A stretch of 64,000 nt of DNA from an uncultured Planctomycetaceae bacterium (GCA_963833985.1 CAWIAD010000002.1:2592001-2656000); one strand, 5' to 3'. Shown: positions 1 through 11,559, counted from the first letter of the stretch. Numbers and translations are program-made. The notes: generated by a model from the sequence alone, not told the origin.

Positions 1-1
1 G

Positions 2-583
2 GCGTGATTCCATCGAGGTTTGCCGCAGCGCGGCGGGCCCGATGCCGGGCTCCTCGATCACGCCGAACAGGTCGAGAACCGGCCCCACGTTGATCGTCAG
101 TCCATGATACGCGATCCAGCGGTTCACAGCCACACCGACCGTGGCCACGCGTGCCTGTCCGAGAAAAACCCCCGGCAGGTCGGCGCGCAGGCTGCCGCGC
201 AGATCGAACTCCTGGAGGACTCCCAGAATGGCTTCATGAAGGCACGACACGTATCCTGTCAGGCTCAGGCCGAGAGGCTCCAGCGGCACGGCGAGATAGG
301 CGGCCAGCTGACCCGGGAGATGCAGCACGCAGCCTCCCCCCCGGTTCACCCAGTGGGTGCGGATGCCCAGCGAGCGGAGGCCGTCGTCGGTGGCCGCGAT
401 GTGAGCGCGGCTGCCCGCTCGACCCACGCTGATGGTGGGCGGGTGCTCGCAGAGCAAAAGCGACGCGGTGCCCTCGTCCCCGACCTGGTAGACGATCTTC
501 CGTTGCAGCATGAGCAGCTCGCGGAGGTCGACGAGTCCCAGCAGGTGAATTTCCAGCGGAGTGGAAACGGGGGACGCATTCAT
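2..583 (-). CDS. lipB: Lipoyl(octanoyl) transferase LipB, C-terminus runs off the window
   Basis: Manual translation of a frame missing from the ORF track: MNASPVSTPLEIHLLGLVD...LLLCEHPPTISVGR...NRGGGCVLHLPGQLAAY...GVAVNRWIAYHGLTINV, matching LipB motifs EHPP, RGG..H.PGQL and HG..LNV. Confidence 0.85.
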   Translation of the reverse strand, partial: MNASPVSTPLEIHLLGLVDLRELLMLQRKIVYQVGDEGTASLLLCEHPPTISVGRAGSRAHIAATDDGLRSLGIRTHWVNRGGGCVLHLPGQLAAYLAVPLEPLGLSLTGYVSCLHEAILGVLQEFDLRGSLRADLPGVFLGQARVATVGVAVNRWIAYHGLTINVGPVLDLFGVIEEPGIGPAALRQTSMESR

Positions 584-778
584 CGGCGATCGGTCCCCCA
601 GCGAATCGGAGGCCAGGATTCAGGTTCGCAACGGCAGCGGGCCAGACGCCCGTACGGTCAACTCACTCTACAGAGAGACGACTCGGCCCGGCAAGCCAGG
701 CTGGGCGGAACGTCGGTGGGGCGTCACACGGGCGCTGCCAGAGGCTGCACATGCGGCCGGCAACCGGGCTCGCCCCGG

Positions 779-1831
779 TCAGAACTGCTCCGAGCTGATG
801 ATTTCCCCGGCGTTGACCGTTGCCAGGGCACGCCACGTCGGCAGGCTGACCGTTTCCTTCACGAAATGGACGCTGCCGTCGGCGAAGAGCACCAGAACGC
901 CGCCAGGATGATAGCTCCGGCTCGTGACCGCGGCGTAGGTGGGGCCGCCGGAAACCTCTGGAATACCGACCAGGTCCAGGTCCACGTTCGAGGGAGCGCC
1001 GAGCTTGGCCCCGTCGTCTTCGGAGAGGATCACCTTGGTGTTCGGCGCCCAGGCCGTGGTGATGCCGCTCTGGTCCACGCTGCCATCTGCCCAGGAGACG
1101 TGTCCGGCCTGCGAGAGCGGGCAGGCGCCGGCGTCGCTGCCCAGAATCGGAGTGACCTGTGTGGGTGACGGGAAATTCGGGTTCCCCGGGTCGATGTTCG
1201 CGATGGACGAGAGCACCCCGCAGCCGGTCCGCTCGTACTGGTGGCTACGTACTTCCGAAGCCAGCATGGTCATGCTGGTGCCATCACGAAAGTCCGCGAT
1301 GGGCCGGCTGCGGATGGGGCCGAACGCCGTCGAGTTCGGGTAATTGCCGAAACCCCCCCAGACATACCAGTCGCCCACGCACCAGCCCAGGGTGGAAACG
1401 GCACTGGTTCCGAAGGTGGCATCGAAGGGCTGCGGGCTCACCTCGCTGGGGCAGACGAACGAGCCGATCGTCTGCGCCGTCACCGTCAGGTTCACGGGCG
1501 CTTGCTGATGCGTCGTGAAATTGATCGCGGAGTACAGTACGTTTTGTTCGATGTAAGGCAGAATCCGCGCGTTGATGCTCCAGCCGCCCACCCACTCGGT
1601 CGTCGTCCCGGAGCCCGACATGTACATGGAAGCCGGATAGACGCCATAGTTCAATTCATATTCGCTCAGCGCAAGGCCAAGCTGCTTCAGGTTGTTACTG
1701 CACTGAAGCCGGCGTGCCGCCTCGCGCACTGCCTGAAGGGCAGGGAGCAGGAACGCCAGGATCACCATGATGATGAAGAGGACGACGAGCAACTCGATGA
1801 GTGTGAAACCTGTTTTCGTGGCACGAGCCAT
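779..1831 (-). CDS. DUF1559 (prepilin-type N-terminal cleavage/methylation, H-X9-DG) protein
   Basis: [10 protein letters not shown]...PALQAVREAARRLQCSNNLKQLGLAL at the N-terminus and SYHPGGVLVLFADGSV at the C-terminus. Start could also be 1843. Confidence 0.95.
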   Translation of the reverse strand: MARATKTGFTLIELLVVLFIIMVILAFLLPALQAVREAARRLQCSNNLKQLGLALSEYELNYGVYPASMYMSGSGTTTEWVGGWSINARILPYIEQNVLYSAINFTTHQQAPVNLTVTAQTIGSFVCPSEVSPQPFDATFGTSAVSTLGWCVGDWYVWGGFGNYPNSTAFGPIRSRPIADFRDGTSMTMLASEVRSHQYERTGCGVLSSIANIDPGNPNFPSPTQVTPILGSDAGACPLSQAGHVSWADGSVDQSGITTAWAPNTKVILSEDDGAKLGAPSNVDLDLVGIPEVSGGPTYAAVTSRSYHPGGVLVLFADGSVHFVKETVSLPTWRALATVNAGEIISSEQF

Positions 1832-2364
1832 GTCAGAGTCCACTTCCGCAGGTAATCAGTTACCGAGCGACCTGCTCAGGCTTCGGGGGCGCAATTCCGC
1901 AATCCAAGCAATCTCCGAGTGGTTGGTGTCATAAGCATGCGGTGCGGGGCTGGTGGCCGGGCAAGGATCGGAGCCACGACTATAATCGGCTGACCAGGAA
2001 GAATCCATCGTCTCTTCGTCAATTTCCGAAAGCTTCCAAGGGTCGCTGTCTCCTGGCCGCAAATGTGCTTTTCCGATCAGAGATTGTGCAAGGATGGACT
2101 CGAATGACCGCTAGGTTCGGTTGCGCCAGCCTGGCCGGTTGCAACCTGCATGCTTCAGGAACGATACGGATCGAGGGGCGTACCGAAGGTTGGCCCTCTC
2201 CTGCCAGCTCAGGTGTGCGCTTCGGTGTGCAGAGGGTGGTCATGCGACTTGCCTATCAATGGTGCATGATTGAAAGCTGTCATCATGCCGCAGCGGTGCG
2301 CAAACGCGTCTGGTTCGTGCCGGCTGTTGTGGATCAGCCGGAGATCTGGAGCGGCTGGTGACGG

Positions 2365-3450
2365 TCACGGGGCCTGGATGACGGAGACGCCGTTGAGCAG
2401 GCGCCGGCCCTGGTGTTCGTCGATGTGGAGGTGTTCGAGCAGGCGGAGGCGTAGCAGCTTGAGCAGGGGGTCGAGCGTTGCGGGGTCCTTGTCGGAGAGG
2501 TTGATCATGCCTCCTGCGCGCTTGTCATGCCCGCCCGCTGCGCCCAGGCCGCCGAGCACTTGCCGCAGGACTTCTCCTGCGCCGCTGCCGAGTCCCGCGG
2601 CTCGCAGCGACAGCTTGAGACCCTGATCGAAGAGCCCGATCGCCAGGGCCCAGTTGACCTGATCGAACCGGATGAAGAAATCGGCAATCTCGGCGATGAT
2701 GTCCGGCTGAGAGACTTCACCGCACCAGCTCACGATCACGTCGCGGTAGAGGAAGGCGTTGATCAGGGCGTTCTGGAAGGTCGCGAAATGGCTCTGGGGC
2801 AGCTTGGGGTTGCGGATCCGTGCGAGCAGGTCCTTGTTGGCACGCGGGAAGAGCCAGACCAGGGCGCCATCGTCCAGGGTGCTCGCCTCGCGGGGGTATC
2901 CGGTCGTCTCGGACTCGATCCCGTACAGGAGGGCCGTCGCAAGCTCCGGAGAGACGGTGACCTTCTGCTCGATGAGGTATCCCGTGATCATCGTGCTCGT
3001 GGCGCCGAGATGATACCGGATATCCTGAAACGTGACGCCGTTGAGAGAGCCTCCGGTCTGGTGGTGGTCGATCACGAACTGAGGCTGGAGCTCCTCACTG
3101 TGCCGGCCCGTGAAGGGCTGGCTATCCACCATGATCACCGCGGTCTCCGGATCGACGCTGGCGTTTTCGACGGGAGTCAGGGCGATGGGGATCATCTCCA
3201 CCATGGCGCGGTTCTCGGCCCTGGCGATCATGCCATCGACGGTCAGGACGACAGACTTGCCGGGTTGGCGGCATTCCACGAGCGCCTTGATCCCGAGCAT
3301 GCTCGCCAGCGAGTCGGGATCCGGATTGACATGAGAAACCACAACCAGGCGCCGGTAGACAGCCAGGGCTTGCAGGAAACGGTCCGAGCGGATCTGCCGG
3401 ACGGTTTCAGGCTGGCACTCGGGTTCCCGAGTCTCGGGATCCGTCTCCAT
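2365..3450 (-). CDS. DHH family phosphoesterase (NrnA-like)
   Basis: HVNPDPDS, VD, IDHH and GGH motifs. Confidence 0.9.
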   Translation of the reverse strand: METDPETREPECQPETVRQIRSDRFLQALAVYRRLVVVSHVNPDPDSLASMLGIKALVECRQPGKSVVLTVDGMIARAENRAMVEMIPIALTPVENASVDPETAVIMVDSQPFTGRHSEELQPQFVIDHHQTGGSLNGVTFQDIRYHLGATSTMITGYLIEQKVTVSPELATALLYGIESETTGYPREASTLDDGALVWLFPRANKDLLARIRNPKLPQSHFATFQNALINAFLYRDVIVSWCGEVSQPDIIAEIADFFIRFDQVNWALAIGLFDQGLKLSLRAAGLGSGAGEVLRQVLGGLGAAGGHDKRAGGMINLSDKDPATLDPLLKLLRLRLLEHLHIDEHQGRRLLNGVSVIQAP

Positions 3451-3549
3451 CGTTTACCGTGTCCGGGGATCATGGAGAATCAAAGGAGGGCCGATTGGCG
3501 TCCCGTGCGGATGGCCGCAGCTCGCTGCTGCACGGTCATTCAGTTTAAC

Positions 3550-4359
3550 TCAATGATCCGGCTGGGTGCCAGATTGCCCTGGCGGAGTGGTGACCGCCCC
3601 GGGCTGCGCCGGCTCCGTGTTCTGGAGTCTTGCCGGGCCGGTCCCCCGTCCCCGCGCCAGGTCGCGGGCCTTCTTTTGCTCGTAGTACGATTCGATCTCG
3701 CGGACCATCTCGGGATCAAGGTCGGATGCCGCGGCAGGCGGCTGCCCGGTACGTGCATCACCCCCCGTCCGGAATCCGTACTTCACCTCCACCTGCTCGA
3801 TGACCTCGTTCAGCCCCGCGTCAAACCGCGCCTGCTCGCCGGGACTCAACTGCCTGAGCCCCGATGTCCGCGGTACCGGGCGGTTCACCAGTGCGATCAG
3901 GAGCCCGATGCCGATCAGGAGCACCAGCACATTGAGCCAATCTGCCTGCCGGTGCAGCCCCTGGAGCCGGACGCGGCCGCTCTCTCCGGCATCACGCGCG
4001 GCGTTGATGGCCGGCGTGAGCGAGTTGCCCGCATAGAGCATGATCAACGTACCGCCAAGGATGAGCATGGCCTGAATTGCAACAGTGGGCCCTCGATATT
4101 CGGGGTAGCAGAGAGGCACAGCCACGCAGGCAGGCAAGGCGACCGCGCCGCAGATTGCTCCCCATGTGTAGTATACGGGAAAGAACGCGCGGACGAACTT
4201 GCCTGCGCTTTCCGGCCCGAGGACCTTGAAGATCATCGGGGTCACGGCGAACGAGAAGAAAAGGATGCTTCCCGCCCAGGCCGTGAGCGCCACGACATAG
4301 GCCGAGTCAAAGAGCCCGAGCAAGAATTGAGCGGACACGCGGCGGAAACCCCCAGTCAA
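3550..4359 (-). CDS. DUF4149-like membrane protein
   Basis: Four hydrophobic segments; GSILFFSFAVTPMIFKVL..AGKFVRAFFPVYY pattern. Confidence 0.75.
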   Translation of the reverse strand: MTGGFRRVSAQFLLGLFDSAYVVALTAWAGSILFFSFAVTPMIFKVLGPESAGKFVRAFFPVYYTWGAICGAVALPACVAVPLCYPEYRGPTVAIQAMLILGGTLIMLYAGNSLTPAINAARDAGESGRVRLQGLHRQADWLNVLVLLIGIGLLIALVNRPVPRTSGLRQLSPGEQARFDAGLNEVIEQVEVKYGFRTGGDARTGQPPAAASDLDPEMVREIESYYEQKKARDLARGRGTGPARLQNTEPAQPGAVTTPPGQSGTQPDH

Positions 4360-4699
4360 GTATCAGGAGGCAGGGCGCGGAAATGCCGGACGAGAACGGT
4401 CGCGGCGCTCACCCGGCCCGGCGGCAACGCCTGCCAGATTCCAGGTTATGCGCTGGCAACCGGATCCGCAACCGTCCTCGAGAGCACGGCCAACCCGGCA
4501 GAGCTGGACTCCTGGAAAAACCTGGTAAGACCCGCCACGGCGGCCGCCCCATGGTCCACGAATTCTTTCAAGAGGCTGTTCAGGCAGGGCCGATCTTCCC
4601 GATACGCCACACGGTTTCCCGCGGCTCGTTCAAGAAATGCGCCGGGCGGACGAATGACGATGAGGCGAATGGCCGAGGTCGATGCGAGAGGGACTGACC

Positions 4700-5455
4700 A
4701 TGGGACTGGATCTGGCCTTGGGCGGAATGATCTTGATTTCGGCCCTCCGCGGCTGGATGAAGGGACTCGTCGCTCAGGCGGTACGTATTGCGGGGTTGGT
4801 TGCATGCTTTTATCTGGCTGACCCGGTCCGCGATCTCGTGCGTCCGTCGGTCCTGGGCAAGATGCCGGCGATGGAGCCCGGCCTGCTGGACCGCATTCTC
4901 TGGTGGGTTGCGGCAGTGGTCTCGTTCATTGTCCTGGTCGGATTGACGACCCTGGCCATCCAGTTGACGCGCACGCCGCCTCCGCCCGGGGCACCGAAGT
5001 CCCGGCGTGACGACCAGTTCGGCGGCCTCTTGCTGGGGGCCGCGAAGGGGCTGCTGGTGACCGCGTTCCTCGCGGCCGCCGTGGAAAAATACGGCGCGGA
5101 CGTGGTTCGCAGCAGCCAGTGGGCCCAGCGTCAGACCAACGGGTCATACGCCCTGAAGTGGACGGAACGTTATCAGCCGGTTCCACGAATCTGGTCGACT
5201 CCGCCGGTTCAAAGTTTTGTCCAGCACATCCAGCGGAACGGTCTGGGCGGCGCCATGCCGCCCGAGCTCGACCCCCAGGTCCCGCGCCAGGCGGCCGCCG
5301 AGGGTCAGACCGAGAAGCGGTTTCCCCGGCTCGACATGCCAAACGCGGAAGCCCCACCGAGTGACCAGGCGGCGCCGACGCTTGACCTGGATGCCGACCT
5401 CGCCCATGAGATCGAAGGCTACAAGTCTGAACTGGAGAATCGTCTGCCGCGGTGA
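4700..5455 (+). CDS. CvpA family (colicin V production) membrane protein
   Basis: DLALGGMILISALRGWMKGLV...DQFGGLLLGAAKG pattern; GAGGG upstream of ATG 4700. Confidence 0.8.
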   Translation: MGLDLALGGMILISALRGWMKGLVAQAVRIAGLVACFYLADPVRDLVRPSVLGKMPAMEPGLLDRILWWVAAVVSFIVLVGLTTLAIQLTRTPPPPGAPKSRRDDQFGGLLLGAAKGLLVTAFLAAAVEKYGADVVRSSQWAQRQTNGSYALKWTERYQPVPRIWSTPPVQSFVQHIQRNGLGGAMPPELDPQVPRQAAAEGQTEKRFPRLDMPNAEAPPSDQAAPTLDLDADLAHEIEGYKSELENRLPR

Positions 5456-7613
5456 ACGGCGCAGGACCGTGGCATTGCGGCAGCCTCCCTGCGCGGGCCC
5501 GAGCCAGCAGTACGGCAGGTTTCCCCGACGGTCTGACTGACGTTGACCGGACGTCGCGACCGCGGCACACTTCGGTCCATGAACGCCGAAGCCGACAGCT
5601 CCCCGGCGCTCCCGCTGGAACGGAGTTGAAGCCTGACGGCCCAGGACCCGGGCGGTGGCTCCCGTATTGCCTCATCCTGGGCCTCTACTTCACCTTGCGC
5701 GGCTACCACAGCCTGGATGGCGACCAGGCGTATCGCCTGCCTCTGCTGCTGCATCGGCTTGATCCCACGCTTTACGCCAGCGACCCGTTTGTGCGGGCTT
5801 TTGACGCCTTCAATCCGCACAGAGGCTCGCTCCTGGTGCTGGAGCAGATGCAGCGGTGGCTCGGCTTACCCTGCGGACTCGCTTGCCTCTTCGTCGCCAC
5901 CTTTCTCGCCACCTGCCGCGGCTTTGACCGTCTGGCTCGCGCGGCCCGGGCCGGTACCATCGACTCACCCTGGGCCGGGCCAGTCACGATCGTGCTGGTG
6001 CTGGCCGCCAAGGCGGGAAACATTGGCACCAACCACCTCTTCGAGGCGATGGTGCTGGACCGCCTGATGGCGCTTGCGTTTGGCTGGCTGGCGCTTGCGG
6101 CTGTTGTGGCTGACCCGAGACACGGATGGCACCGTGCGGCGCTCTGGATTGGTGCCGCAACGGTGATCCACCCGTCGCTTGGCATGCAGCTCGGGCTCCT
6201 GGTCGCGTGCTCCTACGTCGTCTGGGCGCTGCCGGGCCTGTCCGCAGAAGTCCGCTGGACGCACGCCTTGCCTGCCACGCTTGCCGTGATCATCGCCTGG
6301 CTACCGGGGCTGGCCTTGAATCTGAACTCGGGCGCCTCCTTGCTTGAAGGTTTACCGCCATCGGACTTCTGGACGCTGGCGGTGGAGCTTCAAGGTCCTC
6401 AGCACATGCTGCCGCATCTCTGGCGTATACCGCAGTGGCTGGCATGGGCTTCCTACTTCGTGCTCGCGGCGCCCGCGCTGCGGTACTGGAGCCCGGGGCG
6501 GTTACGCCTGGTTGTGATGCTTGCCGTCACGCTCGCCGGGCTCGGGGTGAGCTGGCTGGCCATCGAGCTGCTGCATGAGCCGCGCGTGACCGTGTTCCAG
6601 CCGTTTCGCATGGCCACCGTGGCTCGCGGCCTCGCCCTGGTGCTGGTGGCCGGCCGGCTGGTCGAGCTCTGGCGGCGTGGAGATTGGCTGGCGCGGGCCC
6701 GTTGTTCACTGATCGCGGTCGGACTGGCGGGCGACTGGACGCTCGCGGTCGTGACGGTCATCGAAACGGCCGCGACACTGGTGGAGGCCCTGCGTGCCTC
6801 CCGGCGTCTCGTCGTGGCAGCCTGGGCCGTGACCTCGGTGTGCGGCCTTGCCTTCCTCGCACGCCATGACACCCAGTCGGGCCACCGGCAACTCGGCATC
6901 GCTCTGGGGGCCGGTCTCGCGGTCTCGCTCGTCTTGCAGGCGCGCCCCCGGCTTGCCTGTGCTTGCCGTCTGCCCCTGCACTGGATGATGCCGCTGGCCT
7001 GGGGGGTGCCGGCATCGCTCTGGTGGCAAACGTCATTCCCCCCGATCATTCCCTGTCGCAGAGCGCGCTGTGCCGCGCGTTGACGGCCCGCTGCCGGTTC
7101 GCGGACAGGCCGGTGGATGATGTCGAGCGGCTGGCAAGCTGGTGCCGCGAGCACACTCCGCCGGAGGCACGGTTCATCGGTCCCCCCGGCCCCAAGACGT
7201 TCCGGCTCTGGTCCCGGCGATCGCTGGCGTTCAACCGGGCCGCAAGTCCCTATCATGCGGCGGGTCTGGCCGACTGGTTCTCCAGGTTCCAGGACCATGT
7301 CGCTCTGCACGCGGCGCCGGAAGTCTTTGTTAGAAAGTATCTCCGGGCAAGGCACGAGCTGGAGTCCCGGTACGATGAACTGGGCGCGGAGGAGCTGGCC
7401 GGGCTGGCGCGGCGACAGGGTGCCGATCATGTGTTTGCCCTCGCGGAGGCGGGTTGCAGCGGGCCCGGCCCGCTGGAGCTCCTGCATCGCGAGGGCCGCT
7501 ACGCGGTCTACCGGGTCGTCCCCGGTCTTCCGGCCGGATCGCCGCGGCCGGTGCCGGCCAGGGACGTCGCCCTGGTCAGGACCAGGACCAGCGATAACGC
7601 AGGCGATGAGTGA
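5452..7613 (+). CDS. Polytopic membrane protein with DUF6798-like C-terminus; frameshift near 7005
   Basis: ORF 5452-7083 has many TM segments and continues in the 6963-7613 frame (LASWCREHTPPEARFIGPPGPKTFRLWSRRS). The break is close to a G6 run. Confidence 0.6.
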
Positions 7614-8223
7614 AGTCCGCGGCGTTGATGGCGGCAAGCGCCTGCACCCGCGTGGCGGTCCTTCCAGCCTCTGCCAGTGCGACCGAGCCGGGTGCATCAG
7701 AGCTCAGCTCGAGGCGGCGTTCCGGTTCCTCGGACCCGGTCGTCCGCTGGCTCCAGCGGATGGTCTGTGTGCTGGCGTCCACAAGGTCACCAGACCCGAG
7801 GCGGACCAGGTAGGTCGCGGCCAGGGCCAGGACCGGCTCTCGGCAACGGTCCGCAACGTCGATCTCGAGCACGATCGACGGGTCCCCGTCCACCTGGCGA
7901 TAGAGGGAGACCGCGGCCGAGAAGTGATGCCGCAGCATGTGGCCCGTGAGCAGCACGCACACGCCGCGAAACCGGTCACCGGCAAGCTCGTGGCGCTGAA
8001 GTTCCTGGTAAACCGGGCTCACGATCCGCGCGGGCTCCTCTCGGCCGGGCTCAACCTCGATGGATGAGACCATTGGCGTCGCGGTCCCACCCGCACTCCG
8101 GGGAAGCCACTCGAGCTGGTGCGTCCAGCAGCCGTTGAGCCGGGTGAAACAGAGGCTTGCACCCGGCCCATCGATCACGAAGCGGTCATCGGTCTGGGCC
8201 CAGATGAACTCTTGTTGTGGCAT
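7576..8223 (-). CDS. Hypothetical protein
   Basis: 215-aa ORF co-oriented just downstream of prfB, with globular composition (SPVYQELQRH). Confidence 0.7.
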   Translation of the reverse strand: MPQQEFIWAQTDDRFVIDGPGASLCFTRLNGCWTHQLEWLPRSAGGTATPMVSSIEVEPGREEPARIVSPVYQELQRHELAGDRFRGVCVLLTGHMLRHHFSAAVSLYRQVDGDPSIVLEIDVADRCREPVLALAATYLVRLGSGDLVDASTQTIRWSQRTTGSEEPERRLELSSDAPGSVALAEAGRTATRVQALAAINAADFTHRLRYRWSWS

Positions 8224-8250
8224 GGTTGTCGCGGTTCGTGGCGGACCGTC

Positions 8251-9376
8251 TCAGGTATTGGCCAGATCGCCGGTCCCCTTCGCCAGCTTCATTCGCAGGT
8301 AGGATTCGATGAACCCGTCGATCCCGCCGTCGAGCACGGAGCGGGGGTTACCCACCTCGTGGCCGGTGCGGGAATCCTTCACAAGCTGGTACGGCTGGAG
8401 CACGTACGAGCGGATCTGGCTGCCGAAGCTGACATCGCCCTTCTCGTCATATTTCTTCGCGTACTCGGCCTCGCGTTTTTCTTCTTCCATGCGGATCAGC
8501 TTGGCCTTGAGCAGGGCCAGGGCGTTGGCATCGTTCTTGTGCTGCGAGCGTTCACCCCGGGACTCGGCCGCCACCCCGGTGGGGAGGTGGGTGTAGCGGA
8601 CGCCGGATTCGGTCTTGTTCTGGTGCTGTCCGCCGGGGCCGCCGGAGCGGAAGGTGTCCCGCTTCAGCTCGTCGTCGCGGAGCACGATGTCGATCGTCTC
8701 ATCCACCTCGGGAAGAACGTCCACCGAGGCGAACGACGTGTGCCGCCGGGCCGCCGAATCGTAAGGGCTGATCCGTACCAGGCGATGGACGCCGGTCTCG
8801 CCGCGGAGGTAGCCATAGGCGTAGTCACCCTTGATGTGGATGGTCGCCTCGGCGATGCCGGCTGCGCCGCCTTCCTCGCGATCGGTGATCTGAACCGCGA
8901 GCTTCTTGCTCTCGGCCCACATCAGGTACATGCGCATCAGCATCTCGGCCCAGTCACAGGCTTCGGTGCCACCCGCGCCGGCGTGGATCGTCACGAAGGC
9001 ATTGCAGTGATCGTTGGGGCCGCCCAGCATCGAACGCAGCTCAAAGGCCTCAAGATCGGCCACGGCCTGCGCGGCAGCCGCGCGGACCTCTTCGTCGAAC
9101 TCGTCGCCGCCGGCCTCCTCGGCCAGCTCGAGCAGGGCTTGCAGGTCCTCGGCCTGCCTGACCACATCCTCGAACGGCTTCAGAACACCGTTGAGGGTCT
9201 TGAGCTCGGCGATGATGCCCTTGGCGCGGTCCTGGTCGTTCCAGAAGCTCGGGCTCTGCATCTGCTGGTCCAGCTCGCCGCGGCGTTTCTGCTTTTCGCC
9301 CAGGTCAAAGAGAGTCTCGTAAATGGAGGATCCGGTCGATCACACCTCGGGCGGTTCGATTCAGGTCGGCATCCAC
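8251..9376 (-). CDS. prfB: Peptide chain release factor 2 with programmed +1 frameshift (join of 9376-9308 and 9306-8251)
   Basis: GGQ and SPY(D) motifs. GTG start at 9376 after AGGAG; MDADLNRTARGVIDRILHLRDSL then CTT TGA C at 9310-9304, the canonical RF2 shift site. Confidence 0.97.
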
Positions 9377-9531
9377 GGCGAATCTCTCCTCGAGAACCAT
9401 TGCGGGCCTGACGCTCGGAGATCAGACGCTCCGCGACCTTGATTAGAGCCGAAGCCTTGAAGTCGGACCAGACCAACTCATAGACTTACGGCGAGCGATG
9501 CAGGTTCAGGCCACAGGGGAACCCGCCTCCG

Positions 9532-10455
9532 ATGCCGCCCGCAGCCACCGTCGCCGGCCGTCTGGCACCCTCCCCCACGGGGGGGCTGCATCTCGGGCAC
9601 GCGCGGACGTTCCTGATTGCCTGGCTGGCGGCGCGGAGCGCGCAGGGGAGAGTCGTCCTGCGGATCGAGGACCTGGACGCCACGCGCGTTCGAGCCAGCG
9701 CCGCGGAGTCTGCCGTGGTGGACCTCAGGTGGCTCGGTCTCGACTGGGACGAAGGCCCTTTTCTTCAGAGCCAGCGCGGCGCGTTGTACGACCGGGCCCT
9801 GCATCAGCTCAGGGCCGCGGAGTTGATCTACCCATGCACCTGCACCCGTTCCGACATCGCCCGGGCCGCGAGTGCCCCCCATGCCGAGGACGAAGCTCCA
9901 AGCTACCCCGGTACCTGCTCCGGCCTCCGCGCCAGCGCCGCGGACGCCCTGGCCCAGCGGCCGTTCGCCTGGCGGTTCCGGGTTCCACCGGGGCCGGTGT
10001 CCTGGGAGGATCAGTTCCTGGGCCCGACCTCGCTGGAGCCATCCCGGCAAGGCGGCGACTTCGTGGTGGCACGCCACGGGTTTGGGCCCGCATACCAGTT
10101 GGCGGTCGTGGTGGACGATGCCCTGATGGGCATCACGCAGGTGATTCGCGGCGACGATCTGGCGCCAAGCACCCCCCGGCAGATCCTCCTCTATCGTGCG
10201 CTCGGAGCAGCCCCTCCGGACTTCGGGCATGTTCCCCTGGCGGTCACTGCCGACGGCCGCCGTCTGGCCAAGAGGGACGGGTCGATCAAGCTGGCCGCCC
10301 TCCGCGAGCAGGGAGTCGATCCACGGCAGCTTGTCGGTCGGCTTGTGCAGTCATGCGGCTGGTCCAGAACCATCGAACCGTCGTGGCCCTCGGCGTGGAC
10401 TTCGCGGTACGATCCCGGCGCCCTGCCGCGTGAACCGTGGGTGGCATGCTGGTAA
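9532..10455 (+). CDS. gluQ: tRNA glutamyl-Q(34) synthetase GluQRS
   Basis: RLAPSPTGGLHLGH, LRIEDLD, CTCTR, YQLAVVVDD, RGDDL, RLAKRDG; no anticodon-binding domain. Confidence 0.92.
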   Translation: MPPAATVAGRLAPSPTGGLHLGHARTFLIAWLAARSAQGRVVLRIEDLDATRVRASAAESAVVDLRWLGLDWDEGPFLQSQRGALYDRALHQLRAAELIYPCTCTRSDIARAASAPHAEDEAPSYPGTCSGLRASAADALAQRPFAWRFRVPPGPVSWEDQFLGPTSLEPSRQGGDFVVARHGFGPAYQLAVVVDDALMGITQVIRGDDLAPSTPRQILLYRALGAAPPDFGHVPLAVTADGRRLAKRDGSIKLAALREQGVDPRQLVGRLVQSCGWSRTIEPSWPSAWTSRYDPGALPREPWVACW

Positions 10456-10484
10456 GCGGGCCAGGGCGGAAGGAACGCGGGTCT

Positions 10485-11470
10485 TCAGTAAGAGTCGGCC
10501 GAGATCACCTCGCTGCCGGCTCGTGTGCCCAGGGCCTGGAGGACCATGCTGCTGGGGGAGTAGATGGTTGAACCGTCGGGGCGCTGGCCCGAGTTCCGCA
10601 GCACGCTCTTGAGGAAGTGGACTGAACCGTCGGCGAAGACGGCGTTGGCCCCGCCCGGATGTCGGCTGGAGAAGTCGTCCAGGCCGCCGTCCGGGTCGGT
10701 GTCCGTGTTCAGCACGTTGCAGTGAGCCTGAACCATGGATGCGGCCAGGTAGTAGAGCGCCCCGGTGCGTGGACAGGGATTAGCGGGCCCCCGGCCGATG
10801 ACTCCGTTCGTCGCCACGCCGGCCCACGGGCCGCTGTTGATCGACCAGGCGCGCTCGGCCACCACGATGGTTTGACTGGCGCCGTCGGTGATCGCGGCCA
10901 TGCGGACCGCACTGTTCCGGAACAGCACGCCGTTGCCCTGTCCGTCGTTGTTCAGGCCCGTGGTCGTGTCCGCGAAGTCGTTGCCCACGCACGCGGCGTA
11001 GCTCGTGGGGCCCATGAATGCCAGCACGTTGCCGGCGGAGTCGGTGACGGGGAACGTCCCACCGGGTAATGGATCGGACGGGCAGAGATAGACGTTCTGG
11101 ATCGTCTGGACCACCGTGGAATTCTGAGCGCTTCCACGGCCAGGCCGACGTTGATGGCGGCATGGAGCGGCCCCTGCTCGATCTGGGGCAGGATCATGGA
11201 GCCCCAGCCCCAGCCGGGTGCGGTGTCCGTGGCCCCGTTGATGAAGCGGCTGCGGGCCATGTAGCTCATGGGAAAGGTGCCCACCGTGTCGTGATAGTTG
11301 TTGAGCGCCAGGCCCATCTGCTTCAGGTTGTTCACGCACGAGGCGCGCTGCGCCGCCTCACGCGCGGCCTGCACGGCGGGTAAGAGCAAGCTGATCAGGA
11401 CGGCGATGATGGCGATCACAACCAGCAGCTCGATGAGCGTGAACCCGCGACGGAGACGGAGTTGCTCCAT
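10485..11470 (-). CDS. DUF1559 prepilin-type protein; frameshift near 11130
   Basis: [22 protein letters not shown]...[10 protein letters not shown] in one frame; YLCPSD...[20 protein letters not shown] in the next. Confidence 0.9.
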
Positions 11471-11544
11471 GGACCTGTTCCTTCCCTTGACGGCAATGCC
11501 CTGTCTTGAGCCAGCCTCGTACGAGCGCCCGGACGATTGACAAG

Positions 11545-11559
11545 GCAATCATCGTTCCT
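11545..11559 (-). promoter_or_regulatory. Putative sigma-54 (-24/-12) promoter of the DUF1559 gene
   Basis: Minus strand AGGAACGATGATTGC gives GG-N10-GC with TTGC at -12, about 75 bp upstream of ATG 11470. Confidence 0.6.

Noticed and set aside
20..1168. 382-aa plus-strand ORF and similar long ORFs (2527-4821, 8119-9411, 17827-19605, 29355-31334, 47958-49397)
   Set aside because: Antisense shadows of well-supported genes, expected in high-GC DNA; no recognisable motifs.
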